A DNA stretch of 63,936 nt, filler included, from an uncultured Ignavibacteriales bacterium (GTDB lineage Bacteria; Zixibacteria; MSB-5A5; GN15; JAAZOE01), in assembly GCA_964611355.1 (NCBI GenBank). It is 3 parts of 3 records of this genome, joined end to end, with 100 filler letters (N's around TTAATTAATTAA, not from the genome) between each part and the next. Parts side by side here need not be neighbours in the genome. Positions count along the whole stretch, not along the records: positions 30,864 to 60,889 come from CAZSYD010000029.1; 2 more parts are not named here. One strand, 5' to 3'. The notes under the pieces were generated by a model that was not told where the DNA came from, did no database searches, and saw nothing but the letters and a program-made list of their open reading frames with translations. Within the stretch, counting starts at the first letter, position 1. Each line of letters opens with the position of its first letter. Shown here in pieces: positions 47,271 to 57,769 of the stretch. Both the position numbers and the translations under genes were made by a program.

Positions 47271-50200
47271 GATTGTCCTCCCACGACATGCTTCTTTCGA
47301 CCTTCAAATATGGAGTATATCACCGGAACAAGTACCAGTGTCACCAGCGTTGAAACCAGAAGTCCCCCGATAACGGTAATTCCAAGCGGTCTCCACGTTT
47401 CCGAACCCTCATGCCTGCTCAGCGCCATAGGAAGCATGCCCAACATCGTCGTGAGCGCCGTCATGAGTACGGGTCTGAGACGGTGTTTTCCGCCAAGCGA
47501 GACAGCATCAATGAGCTTCAATCCCCGTTTTCGCAGGATGTTGGTGTAATCGACAAGCACGATCGCATTTTTAACAACAATTCCAACCAGGATGATGACC
47601 CCGACAAATGAAATCAAACTTAGCGTGGTTTTGGTAATAAGAAACGCCCAGATGACGCCAACGAAAGCAAACGGGATTGAAAACATAATTATGAAAGGAT
47701 CGCGAAGCGATTCAAACTGCGAGGCCATGACCATATATACAAGTACAAGGCTTAGTATCAGGAGAATAAACAGGTCCTGGAATGACTCCTTTTGCTCCTC
47801 CACGGAACCACCGAAGGATACATCAATCCCTTCCGGAATTTCCAGTTGGTCAAGTTCCTTGGCGATGTCTGCCGCGATATCCCCCAGGGCTCGTTTGTAC
47901 ACTTCCGCGGACACCTTCACGATTCTCTCTCGGTCCTGTCTCTTGATTTCAGTGGGACTGGTGGCCTCTTCAATAGTGGCCAGGTTGCCCAGCCGAACCG
48001 TGGTTCCGCTTCTTGTAGTTATCACAAGTCTCTTGAGATCTTCGATGTTTTTTCTTTTGTCCTCTTGGGCTCTCAGGAAGATCTCATATTCGTCACCGCC
48101 TTCGCGATATTTGCTCGCTTCAGAACCAAGAACCTGTGTTTTCAAAGCATCCGAGATGTCTCCAAGGTTGGTGCCGACAAGAGCGGCTTTTTCCCTATCG
48201 ATTCTGATCAGGAGTTCCGGCCTGCCCGCCCCTCTGGAGATCTTTGTGTCTTTTGTTCCGGGTGTGTTTTCTACGATTTTCTTTATCTGTCGAGCCAGCA
48301 TATTAGTCTGATCAACGTCGTGACCGATTATGTCTATTGTAATGGGTTTGTCCCCTCCAAAAAGGACACTGCCTATAGGATTACCAGCTTCCACATCCAG
48401 CTTGAGTATGCCTGGGATGGTCTCTGCGTAACGTCTGATGACGTCGGCGACTTCGGTGCTGGACCTGTCCCGGTGTTTTTGTTCGACAAGTTTTGCACCA
48501 ACCGTCCCTATATGGGGACCGCCGGCCTGTCCCATAGCTGCTGAGAAACCGGTGCTTGACTGGCCCGCGCGGTAGAAAAGGTGTTTCATTTCCGGAATAC
48601 TGTCCCTGAACACATTCGCCAGTTCCTCGGCGACCTCAGCAGTGGTTTCCATCCGTGTTCCCGGAGCCATCTCGAAGTTAATCTGTACATCGCCGGAGTC
48701 CCCTTCCGGGATGAACTCCGTTGACAAGAATGGCACCAGCGCGGCTGAACCGAGGAAAACAAAGGTTGCCAGGGCTATGGTTTTTTTCTTATTTCCCAGC
48801 GTCCATGATAACAGTGCGGCATATTTCGTTTCAACGACATTTAACCAGCGTTCGCTTGTAGTATAGATTTTTCTGAAAAATGAGCTTCCCATCGACTCAG
48901 GACTTATCTTGTGCAGCATCCGTGAGGCAAGAGCAGGTGTCAGGGTGAGCGAAGCAAAGAGGGAAGCGAGAATTGTAATTATTACAGCTGCCGCAAGCTG
49001 TGTAAACATGATGCCAGTCAAACCCCCGGCAAAGAGCATTGGGGCGAAAACCGCAACCACCGTCAGTGTAGAGGCCATAACCGCCAGTCCGACCTCGGAA
49101 GTGCCATAAACGGCCGCTTCCGACGGGCGAGAGCCACTTTCAATATGTCTCGTGATATTCTCCAATACAACAATGGCATCGTCAACGACCAATCCCACAG
49201 CTATGGCAAGGCTCATCAGCGAAACCATGTTGATCGTGTAGTCGAGTAAGAGGAACGCGAAAAAAGCGATTATCAACGAGAACGGTATGGTCAGAGCTAC
49301 TATGAGGCTGCTTCTGATACGGCGCAGGAACACAAAAATCACGAGGATCACTATTAAACCGCCAAGTATCACTGTTTCACTCAGGTTGTTAAGTGACTGC
49401 TTGATGAACACTGAGGTGTCAAAAACCTCGGTCAGTTTTACATCACTCGGAAGGGTATTGCTAAGATCCTTGATCTTGGCTCTTATCCTGTTTGCGATCT
49501 CCACGCTGTTTTCGCCGGACTGCTTCTGTACCATAAAAATCAGGCCCTTGCGGTCATCAGACCTGACTTTCGCAATGAGTTCCTTGAAACCGTCATCGAC
49601 CTTGGCAACATCTTTCAAATGAACGGGACGTCCCGCATGGACTCCAAGGACGACATCCCTTAACTCGTCCGGTGAATCGAATTCTCCGGGAACACGCACG
49701 ATGTATTCAGTCTTGTTTATCTTGATGCTGCCTATTGGCTGGTCAGCATTTTCCCGTGCAATAATCCCCAGTATCGCCTGGAGGTTCAGATTGTAAGCCT
49801 CTATCTTGGTGGGATCAAACTCAACCCGTATCTGTCTTTCGAGTCCTCCAATGGCTTGTACAGCACCAACTCCAGGAACCCTTCTGAGCGGATCAGCGAT
49901 GTCGTTCTCAATCAGGTAGTTTAGTCCACCATAATTCTCCTCCGCAGTTGCCGCGTAAACCAGGATAGGGAACATGGACATGTTTATCTTAAATAGCATT
50001 GGATCATCGGCATCATCGGGTAAGCGCCGCTTCACCAATTCCAATATGTCTCGGATGTCATTGGAGGCTTCGTCGAGGTTTGTCTCCCAGTCAAACAATG
50101 CGGTAACAACGGACACACCTTCCTGCGACACCGACGTCAATTCGTCAAGATTACTTACCGTGCTGATATTCTCTTCAATCTTCTTCGTCACCTGAGCCTC

Positions 50201-50377
50201 GATATCCTCTGCGCTGGCACCACTATAGGTCGTTACGACGCTTATGGCAGGGATTTCGATCTCCGGAAACAAATCGATGGGCAGGCTTACTAAAGCGACA
50301 ATCCCGAGAATTAGTATCCCCAGGAAGACCATCAATACTGTGACAAACCTTCGTACTGCAAAATCGGGGAGGTTCAT
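47267..50377 (-). CDS. RND efflux permease (AcrB/AcrD/AcrF family)
   Basis: LPIDLFPEI, GLVVDDAIVVLENI, GIVVKNAIVLVD, RLRPVLMTALTT. Confidence 0.95.
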   Translation of the reverse strand: MNLPDFAVRRFVTVLMVFLGILILGIVALVSLPIDLFPEIEIPAISVVTTYSGASAEDIEAQVTKKIEENISTVSNLDELTSVSQEGVSVVTALFDWETNLDEASNDIRDILELVKRRLPDDADDPMLFKINMSMFPILVYAATAEENYGGLNYLIENDIADPLRRVPGVGAVQAIGGLERQIRVEFDPTKIEAYNLNLQAILGIIARENADQPIGSIKINKTEYIVRVPGEFDSPDELRDVVLGVHAGRPVHLKDVAKVDDGFKELIAKVRSDDRKGLIFMVQKQSGENSVEIANRIRAKIKDLSNTLPSDVKLTEVFDTSVFIKQSLNNLSETVILGGLIVILVIFVFLRRIRSSLIVALTIPFSLIIAFFAFLLLDYTINMVSLMSLAIAVGLVVDDAIVVLENITRHIESGSRPSEAAVYGTSEVGLAVMASTLTVVAVFAPMLFAGGLTGIMFTQLAAAVIITILASLFASLTLTPALASRMLHKISPESMGSSFFRKIYTTSERWLNVVETKYAALLSWTLGNKKKTIALATFVFLGSAALVPFLSTEFIPEGDSGDVQINFEMAPGTRMETTAEVAEELANVFRDSIPEMKHLFYRAGQSSTGFSAAMGQAGGPHIGTVGAKLVEQKHRDRSSTEVADVIRRYAETIPGILKLDVEAGNPIGSVLFGGDKPITIDIIGHDVDQTNMLARQIKKIVENTPGTKDTKISRGAGRPELLIRIDREKAALVGTNLGDISDALKTQVLGSEASKYREGGDEYEIFLRAQEDKRKNIEDLKRLVITTRSGTTVRLGNLATIEEATSPTEIKRQDRERIVKVSAEVYKRALGDIAADIAKELDQLEIPEGIDVSFGGSVEEQKESFQDLFILLILSLVLVYMVMASQFESLRDPFIIMFSIPFAFVGVIWAFLITKTTLSLISFVGVIILVGIVVKNAIVLVDYTNILRKRGLKLIDAVSLGGKHRLRPVLMTALTTMLGMLPMALSRHEGSETWRPLGITVIGGLLVSTLVTLVLVPVIYSIFEGRKKHVVGGQS

Positions 50378-51429
50378 CTGGTTACCTCCGGCGATACAAT
50401 CTTCACTCCGGCCCCATTCTTGACATTCATCTTGCCTGTTGTAATAACTATGTCTCCGGCTTCAAGGCCGCTCTTGATTTCCACCCGGTTGCCATAATTA
50501 TCGCCTTTAACAACATCGGCTCGCACGGCCAGGTTATCTTCAATTTTGTACGTATAGAATATGCCGGTCCCCGTCTGCCTGATTAGAGCATCACGATTAA
50601 CAAGTAGCATCGGCTTTGGTTCCAGAGTTATGATCACCATACCAAACATGCCCGGTTTGATTATGCCTTCCGGATTGATAAACCGAACCTCAACATCTGC
50701 CGTTCTGCTGCGGGTATCCAATGTCGGCGCGATTTTTGAGACTTCTCCGGCGAATTCAGCATCAGGATAGCTGTCAAGAGTCAGCCTTGCTTGCTGGCCG
50801 ATGGAAATATGAGGATACTCGCCCTCTGTCACCGAGATTCTCACCTTCACCGTATCAAATAGCATCAGCCTGACAATGGCGGGGCTTCCCGCCACCCCCG
50901 GCATAAGAGTGAATATCTCACCTTCATCCAGGTATCTATGCGTTATCACACCCGCGAAAGGGGCTCTCAATTGCGTGCTGGCCAGGGTTTTCTCGTAAGT
51001 TGCCTTTGCGGCATTGAAGGCAGCCTTTGTCTGGTCGTAGGTTTGCTGCGAAACGGTACCGGCCTCACGAAGGGATTTAATCCTCATCCAGTCTTTTTCA
51101 ATTACGTCGAAATTGGCGCGGACCTGGATCAGTGTTTCGCTGCCCAGTTCCGCAATCAGGAAGCCGGCTCGAACAGTGTCGCCGACGTCACAGTACAGAT
51201 GTTCGATTCGACCGGGTATTTCCGAGCCAAGAGCCGCTTCCACCCACGGTTCAACGGTACCGGAGTACTCAAGGACAGGAGAAACCTCCTCTTCCGTTAC
51301 TACAACGGCATGGACGGGTATGGCGGCATCTGCGAGGCTTGTCGAATCTCTGTCGGTGTCCTTCCCGCACCCTGCAAATCCGGTTAACAATATCAAAAAA
51401 GGAAGTAGCTTTCGGTTATTAGCTGACAT
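50374..51429 (-). CDS. RND periplasmic adaptor (MFP) lipoprotein
   Basis: FAGC lipobox, VGDTVRAG, LRAPFAGVI, IKPGMFG, GLEAGD. Confidence 0.9.
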   Translation of the reverse strand: MSANNRKLLPFLILLTGFAGCGKDTDRDSTSLADAAIPVHAVVVTEEEVSPVLEYSGTVEPWVEAALGSEIPGRIEHLYCDVGDTVRAGFLIAELGSETLIQVRANFDVIEKDWMRIKSLREAGTVSQQTYDQTKAAFNAAKATYEKTLASTQLRAPFAGVITHRYLDEGEIFTLMPGVAGSPAIVRLMLFDTVKVRISVTEGEYPHISIGQQARLTLDSYPDAEFAGEVSKIAPTLDTRSRTADVEVRFINPEGIIKPGMFGMVIITLEPKPMLLVNRDALIRQTGTGIFYTYKIEDNLAVRADVVKGDNYGNRVEIKSGLEAGDIVITTGKMNVKNGAGVKIVSPEVTR

Positions 51430-51433
51430 CTAA

Positions 51434-52951
51434 TTACTCCTCAATATCTGAAGTTGCCGTCTGCAGACTGGCTATGGCGCCCTTGTATTTTGTTTTTACC
51501 TGAATCAATGCAATCTTGGCCTGGGTCAGTCCGGCTTGTGCGTCAAGCAGATCCGAATTCGTGAGTGCGCCAGCCTCGTAGTTCGTAGAAGTTACTCTAA
51601 AGTTCTCCTCGGCTTGATTTACCGCCTGCTCGGCAATCTCCACTTCCTGTTGTGATTCCTCAACCAGTTGGTATGCTTGACGGACTTCGAACCTGACATA
51701 ATCCGCAAGCTGTTCATGAAGCTCGGCCAGCTGTCGCTTCTGAGCCTTGACTCTCTGTATCTCATAATGACGTTGCCCCCAGTTGAAAATGCTCAATGTG
51801 GCAACCAGATTAATGTTCCAACTTCCATAGAACTCAGGTTCATACTCACGATTAGGTCGCTTCCAATCATAGTTTCCGACCAGAGCCAGCTTGGGTAAAT
51901 AATCCGCCTTTTTAATCGCTTTCAGTTTGTCCAGTATCTGGATGTTATATCCGACCGCCATGTAGTCGGGACGTGATCCGATGGCTTGGCGCGACAGGTC
52001 ATCAAGAGGAAGAAGTGGGTAATCATCAATTGTAATCGTTTCGGTAGGCCTGATAATTGTGCTCTGGTCAATTGCAAGAACATTGCAAAGCGCGGTATTG
52101 GCCAGGTGTACGCCATTGGTCGCTTTCACGTTTTGCAGTTTGGCATTTGAAAGCGCCAACTCGGCCCGGAGCAAATCGTTCTCTATGATAATCCCCGCCT
52201 GAAGCAGGTTTTTTAGATCCTCGACATGAGATTCCAGTTGAGTAATCGATTCTTCGGTGACATTCACAAATTCAATGGCTCGAAGCAGTTCCCAGTACGC
52301 CAATGTGGCCCGCAGCCAGATATTCTCTTTTAACCGCTGCAAAGAGAGGTCGGAGTTCGTCTTCTGGTAGTTCGCAATCTTGAGGTTATTGACCAGGGCG
52401 AATCCGGCAAACAGAGGCTGCTCGAACGACAGGTTGATCGTATAGTTATCATCATCGCCAACGATGATTCTGCCCGGTCCACCAGCGCCGGACAAACCAC
52501 TCAATGTTGACGGATCAAGATATCCGTTGGCTACCAGATCGTCGAATGGCGCCATCAGCGGTTCGAACAGCCGCCCGAATCCGGACGCATCCATGTATGG
52601 CTCTTCATCCAGTCTGGTGTATCTCGCCTGCGCGCTTACCTTTGGGAGGAAATTCGTGCGAGCGATTTTCACTCCTGATATGGCTTCATCGACCTTGTGT
52701 GACGCGGCTGCAAGCTCATGGTTGTTCTTCAGGGCCATCTGAGTAGCTTGTCTAAGATCAAGGCTCAAAGTATCGCAGAAAGCATTGGAGACAGCGCTTG
52801 AGCTTGCGATAGTACCAATTACCAGCAGGCTAATTAGATATTTCAATCGCATGATCCATGAAGCCGAATGTTTAGGATGAGCGCATATGTTCATATCCAA
52901 TTCATGTTCCTCCAGATCGGTACGACTTGTCTTAAGTGAATTAAATACCAT
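51434..52951 (-). CDS. TolC family outer membrane protein (true start probably further downstream)
   Basis: ALKNNHEL, FLPKVS, YLPKL, NYEAGALTNSDLLDAQ. Confidence 0.88.
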   Translation of the reverse strand: MVFNSLKTSRTDLEEHELDMNICAHPKHSASWIMRLKYLISLLVIGTIASSSAVSNAFCDTLSLDLRQATQMALKNNHELAAASHKVDEAISGVKIARTNFLPKVSAQARYTRLDEEPYMDASGFGRLFEPLMAPFDDLVANGYLDPSTLSGLSGAGGPGRIIVGDDDNYTINLSFEQPLFAGFALVNNLKIANYQKTNSDLSLQRLKENIWLRATLAYWELLRAIEFVNVTEESITQLESHVEDLKNLLQAGIIIENDLLRAELALSNAKLQNVKATNGVHLANTALCNVLAIDQSTIIRPTETITIDDYPLLPLDDLSRQAIGSRPDYMAVGYNIQILDKLKAIKKADYLPKLALVGNYDWKRPNREYEPEFYGSWNINLVATLSIFNWGQRHYEIQRVKAQKRQLAELHEQLADYVRFEVRQAYQLVEESQQEVEIAEQAVNQAEENFRVTSTNYEAGALTNSDLLDAQAGLTQAKIALIQVKTKYKGAIASLQTATSDIEE

Positions 52952-52981
52952 ATATGTATCCTCAAATAAATGCCTATTTCT

Positions 52982-53581
52982 TTATCGCCTTTTTTTGGCT
53001 ATACCGGCAAGAATTAGTCCGACGATGTAGTTAACTTCAGCATCAACGCTTGAGTAGTCAACTTCGGACGCAGCCATTGTATTCGCAGCATGAAAAGCCT
53101 TCAGATTCACCGTTTCCGATACTGTCAGGATAGTACTGGCGATGCCCTTGTCATTGCATTGTTTGAAATGACCGCTTCCCACTCCCTTCTTGATGATACC
53201 GGACAGGAAATCGATTTCCTTATCAATGAAATCCCGGTAGAGTCGGTCAACCAGCGGTATTACTTCAATAACAACCTGAATGGAAACATCAAGAAGATTG
53301 GTAACCTTGCGAAAATAATCCAACCGAGCTTGCGTATAACGCAGAACCTTTTTTGCGGGCGTTTTTTCCTTTGCCACCTCGTCTTCAAGCCAGCCAAGCA
53401 TTTCTTTGCCTTCTTGAGTAATGACGTCCCGAAACATCGCTTCCTTGCTATCATAGTAGTGGTAGAGAGATCCGGTCTTCACGCCAACAACCTGTGCGAT
53501 ATCATCCAGAGTTGTCTTGGAAAAACCATGCTTCGCAAAACACCGCCGAGCTGCCTCCAGTATTTCATCCTTTCTCGTCAT
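52982..53581 (-). CDS. TetR/AcrR family regulator
   Basis: ILEAARRCFAKHGFSKTTLDDIAQVVGVKTGSLYHYY. Confidence 0.92.
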   Translation of the reverse strand: MTRKDEILEAARRCFAKHGFSKTTLDDIAQVVGVKTGSLYHYYDSKEAMFRDVITQEGKEMLGWLEDEVAKEKTPAKKVLRYTQARLDYFRKVTNLLDVSIQVVIEVIPLVDRLYRDFIDKEIDFLSGIIKKGVGSGHFKQCNDKGIASTILTVSETVNLKAFHAANTMAASEVDYSSVDAEVNYIVGLILAGIAKKRR

Positions 53582-53622
53582 ATCTCAGCCGACCTTACAT
53601 CTATCAGGGCAATAATGTCCTA

Positions 53623-53680
53623 ATAATCTAAGATTCTATTATATTATTAGATTATACGCAACAATTGAACTTATAGTCAA
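53623..53680 (-). promoter_or_regulatory. Promoter and probable TetR operator of the efflux operon
   Basis: Minus strand TTGACT-N18-TATAAT; inverted repeat ATAATCTAA...TTAGATTAT (53623-53655) overlaps the -10. Confidence 0.65.
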
Positions 53681-53826
53681 TAAATATTTTCTGATTTACT
53701 CTAATTTTTCAGGCAAATTATATGATCGTCTTATCGGCCCGTGTAACCGATTGTCCGTGAGGACATTCCGACGATAGACATGATTGTGGCCCGTTGCCTG
53801 TTTTCCGTTCCACTTGGGGTAAGACG

Positions 53827-54579
53827 GACGAGCCGCGGCCTCGCCGCCGGTTTAATGGATTAAGGCGCGTGGCATGTCGCCTTCCGAATGGAGCGCAATG
53901 AGAAACGCGACATAGGCACATTTATTTGTGGGGTTTTCTCCACCTGTGGCGGGTTGGAAGGCCGATAATTTTGTGAGGCGAATAGCCGAGCAGCAATAAC
54001 GAAAGGGTTACGAATGAAATTGAATCTTCTGAGCTGGCTGTTTTTAATTATTGTGTCGGGGCTAATTGTGGTTGGATGTAGTGATGACGACAACACGACG
54101 GGAAGTGGCAGCGACTCAGTGCCGGCTGAATTAGTGCAACATGGACGAACGAGTCGGTTACCGAGGACGGTTCACCTGTCGACCTTGGCACCTTTTTTGA
54201 ATGGAGTGACAGTACGGTTGCTTCTCACGTAATTGTCTATGATGACTATACCCTGAGGTCTGAGGAGCTTGACAGCCAGGACTCCATCCTATACTACGAC
54301 GAAGGCCCCTTTTCTCTTGATGGACAGAACATTACGGTAACAGTTAATTCCGAGAACGGCCAATCGGTTACTCCCTATACCGTTTTTTCCGGAACATGGG
54401 CTATAAGCGGCGATCAACTGACGCTGACAGCTACCGTGGAGGGGAAAACAATAATAATGACGCTTACGAAATAACATTTAGCGATTTTCGTATCCGACGA
54501 CCGGCGGCTTACAGCTTGCCGTGGGTTTAATGACGGCAGGTATGTTGTGTTACGAATAGAGAAGAGCGCAATGAGAAAC
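53827..54579 (+). repeat. Two degenerate ~80-bp direct repeats (53827-53906, 54496-54579) flanking the lipoprotein pseudogene
   Basis: Shared GACGA..GCGGC, GCCG..GGTTTAATG, CGAAT and an identical GAGCGCAATGAGAAAC. Confidence 0.6.
54014..54474 (+). pseudogene. Frameshifted lipocalin-like lipoprotein
   Basis: VVGC lipobox, CSDDDNTT; a 1-nt shift near 54136 restores ELV-ATWTNESV...GTWAISGDQLTLT...MTLTK*. Confidence 0.65.
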
Positions 54580-54661
54580 TTGGTGCCTGCCCGTCAGGAA
54601 TTCAATATGGTGAGTTCCATCGGGTGGGTTTATTCATTTATCCGAAAGAAACCGCTTTATT

Positions 54662-56422
54662 CTACGTACCGAGTCGCTTGATGATAATAAGCGTCAGATC
54701 ATCCTGCATATGGTTGTTCCCGGAAAACGATTTAACGGCGTCGATCATGGAGGAACCGATATCGGCGGCAGGAAGATTGCGATAACGCTTTAGAATTTCA
54801 ATTAGGCGGTCGGTTTCAAACTGCTTACCGTTCCGGTTTTCGGCTTCGGTTACGCCGTCGGTGAAAAGGCAAAGAATATTACCCTGACCGACATATATCG
54901 GCCGCTCTTCATAAATCGCGTCACGGCGCACGCCAAGCAGCATTCCCCCCTCGGTAAGCTCTTCAACGCTGTCGTCGGCGCGAAGCAGTATGGCGGGGTT
55001 GTGGCCGCAGTTGGAAAAGGTAAAGATCGAATTTTTTGAATCGAGAACGCCATAGATAGCGGTGACGAAGTTAGCCGGTTCGGCCGATTCGCAGAGCAGA
55101 TTGTTGACCTTGTAACAAATGGTCCTGATAGCATAATTGTTTCTGATTTCGGCGATCAGCGACGCCCGAAATGAAGCCATAATGAGCGCCGCCGGTATTC
55201 CCTTGCCGGACACGTCGGCGACCGCTATACCGAGTTGATTCCTGACTATTTCAATAAAATCATAATAATCTCCGCCGACCTCGCCCGACGGCATATTGGT
55301 TCCCCAGATGTCATAGCCCGGGATTTCCGGGACTTCATCAGGTAAAAACGTTTTCTGAATCGTGCGGGCGATAGATAATTGTTCTTCGATCTTTTTCTGC
55401 TCCAGCATATATTTATGCAGTCGCGCCCGTTCAATCGAGATGGCCGCCTGTGAGGCGAAAGCGGTCAATATCTCTTTATCTTCTTCTGAAAAGGCGTTGA
55501 GCCTGTCGTTTTCAAGGTTAAAAATACCAACGAGTTTATCGCCGGAGTGGACCGGTACCACGATTTCGGATATGGTTTCCGGGCGGGCACAGATATATCG
55601 CTTGTCACGAGAGACATCGGGGATCACTTCGGGTTTTCCGGTTCGAGCCACCGAACCGACGATCCCCTGTCCGATTTTCAGGTGCAGATCAGGCTCAAGC
55701 AATTTATCGTAACCGATAGATGTAATGGAATCTACATCGCCGGATTCTTCGTCGATCAGGTAAATGCCGCCTGCGTCGAAATCGACCACTTTTTGAAGTG
55801 CAATGAGGATGTTATGCAGCACTTCATCAAGGTTCAAAGGCATCATCAATTGCTGACTGACCTCAAACAGGGTCTGGCGTTGAAGGGCCTGCCTCTTGGC
55901 TTTTCGGTATAGCTGGGCATTGTAAATAGCAAGGGCGACCTGGTCGGAGATTAAATCGAAGGTATCAAGGTCGGACTGATCGAAAGCGCCGGCCTTTTTG
56001 TTAATGGCCTCAATGACGCCGAAGAATTTCCCGCGGAGAGTCAATGGATAGCATATGATAGATTCGAGTTCGACGTCCTGAATTTCGGCGTCGTATCGGT
56101 TGTCTTCGGTCGGGTTATTTGTCAACACCGGTTCACGATGCTCGGCTACCCAGCCGACAAACCCTTGTCCCATCTTGATAATCATATGGCGCGGCTCTTC
56201 CTCGCCGGAATAATAGCGGACTTTCAAGTCTTTCTGAGACGGGTCATATCGATAGACCATAGCCCCTTCGGCATTCAGCGACCGAGTTACCAGCCTGAGG
56301 ACATTTTTCATCAACTCCTCGTACTCGATCGTGGAGTTGAGCATATGAGCCGCTTGTGCCAGAAGAGTCAGTTTTTCCGGCGGCCAGGGCGAATCCTTTA
56401 TTCTATCAAACGTCTCACTCAT
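54662..56422 (-). CDS. GAF-GAF-SpoIIE (RsbU-like) PP2C phosphatase
   Basis: Two GAF domains; EVGGDYYD, VADVSGKG, NCGHNP, FTDGVTEA, QDDLT. Confidence 0.92.
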   Translation of the reverse strand: MSETFDRIKDSPWPPEKLTLLAQAAHMLNSTIEYEELMKNVLRLVTRSLNAEGAMVYRYDPSQKDLKVRYYSGEEEPRHMIIKMGQGFVGWVAEHREPVLTNNPTEDNRYDAEIQDVELESIICYPLTLRGKFFGVIEAINKKAGAFDQSDLDTFDLISDQVALAIYNAQLYRKAKRQALQRQTLFEVSQQLMMPLNLDEVLHNILIALQKVVDFDAGGIYLIDEESGDVDSITSIGYDKLLEPDLHLKIGQGIVGSVARTGKPEVIPDVSRDKRYICARPETISEIVVPVHSGDKLVGIFNLENDRLNAFSEEDKEILTAFASQAAISIERARLHKYMLEQKKIEEQLSIARTIQKTFLPDEVPEIPGYDIWGTNMPSGEVGGDYYDFIEIVRNQLGIAVADVSGKGIPAALIMASFRASLIAEIRNNYAIRTICYKVNNLLCESAEPANFVTAIYGVLDSKNSIFTFSNCGHNPAILLRADDSVEELTEGGMLLGVRRDAIYEERPIYVGQGNILCLFTDGVTEAENRNGKQFETDRLIEILKRYRNLPAADIGSSMIDAVKSFSGNNHMQDDLTLIIIKRLGT

Positions 56423-56604
56423 TGCTCTGAGAATGTAGTCAAAAACACCGATTTGTCAATCGGCATATTTGAATCCGGGAATGGATTATTACTTCTTTGA
56501 CGAATTGGAAAAGTTGCAATAAAGAATTTGCAATCAGACCGGGCGTATCTTAGTTTCCAAGGCCAAGGTCTGATTTTATTTGACGCCGTTCAGAGGATTT
56601 CGAT

Positions 56605-57384
56605 ATGGGAAATGATCTAAGACGCTATAACCTGTTCGGCTGGGATTATGAATATATAAATCCGCTTACTGACAGGGAAATCGCATGGTATGTGAAGCAT
56701 GCAAAGGAAGCCGGAGGTCCGGTTCTGGAACTGGCCTGCGGTTCCGGGCGATTGCTTATTCATCTGGCGGAAATCGGCTTTGAGTGCGATGGTATCGATA
56801 TTTGCGATGAAATGCTGACGATTTCCCGAAAACGAATCTCGGTCACCCGGCCCGAAGTCAAAGCCCGCATCCGCCTGCACAAGCTTGACATGACGGATTT
56901 TCAACTCGACCGAACGTATGGTCTTGCTATTATTGCCGACAATTCCTTGCGTGACTTGACAACAATTGATAAACAGTTGGCCTGCGTTTCGGGCGCTTAT
57001 GACCATCTTCGGCCGGGTGGGCGTCTTCTGGTGACTTTGCGCCGTTTTGATCCGGTCGGTCCAACAAACGGCCGCCGCGAAACCAACTGGTCGAAGGCGA
57101 TAATTCACCCCGAAACCGGCGAGAAATTCCAGCGGAAGGTAATGATGCAGTCAACGGGTGGCGGCAGACAGGCGCGCGGTTTTATTTTCTATAAAAAACT
57201 TTCTTCCGGAAATAGCGAAGAAATGATCGAATGTCCGTTCGAATTTCCGGTGATGTCCGTCGATGATTACGCAGCCCTGTTTGCCGAAACCGGCTTTTCC
57301 ACCGATGTTTTTATCGGATATGGAAACAGGGAAGATGACGGGAAGGGTGCGACTCTTTGTTTTGTATTCGATAAGACTGAATAG
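56605..57384 (+). CDS. Class I SAM-dependent methyltransferase
   Basis: VLELACGSGR, GIDI, DMTDF, HLRPGGRL. Confidence 0.88.
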   Translation: MGNDLRRYNLFGWDYEYINPLTDREIAWYVKHAKEAGGPVLELACGSGRLLIHLAEIGFECDGIDICDEMLTISRKRISVTRPEVKARIRLHKLDMTDFQLDRTYGLAIIADNSLRDLTTIDKQLACVSGAYDHLRPGGRLLVTLRRFDPVGPTNGRRETNWSKAIIHPETGEKFQRKVMMQSTGGGRQARGFIFYKKLSSGNSEEMIECPFEFPVMSVDDYAALFAETGFSTDVFIGYGNREDDGKGATLCFVFDKTE

Positions 57385-57769
57385 TCCGCGCCGACATATA
57401 TCAATTTTCAAATCACCAATTGAGCAGGAGAGCTGCCGTTCCTGAGACATCAGAGAGCTGAAAATATTTACCCACTGCTTTAACGAGAAGAGGGATACGG
57501 CTCGTTCGAGGATCAAGATTGTTCCCTTTAATCTGATTGAAGATATTTCTCGCTGCGAAGGCGACTTCATTCACGACGAAAGTAATAGAAATCCGTATGA
57601 TTGTGCCTAATCTTCAGTTCCTGACGCTGGAAGATCGGGCTGTAACGCGGGAGGTGAAACCAAGTCAGCTTTTGATCTTGCGGGTTGACAGGGAGCAGTA
57701 TAATCCAAACCATCTCTGCTCACCCAATATCTAATATGAATTAATCAGAATATCCGATTAACCGTGCAA

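Noticed and set aside
57385..57769. CRS-TGA (CxxU) as a possible selenoprotein, and a short open frame on the minus strand
   Set aside because: No credible start or RBS, no recognisable family or SECIS; more likely an antisense shadow of a decayed fragment
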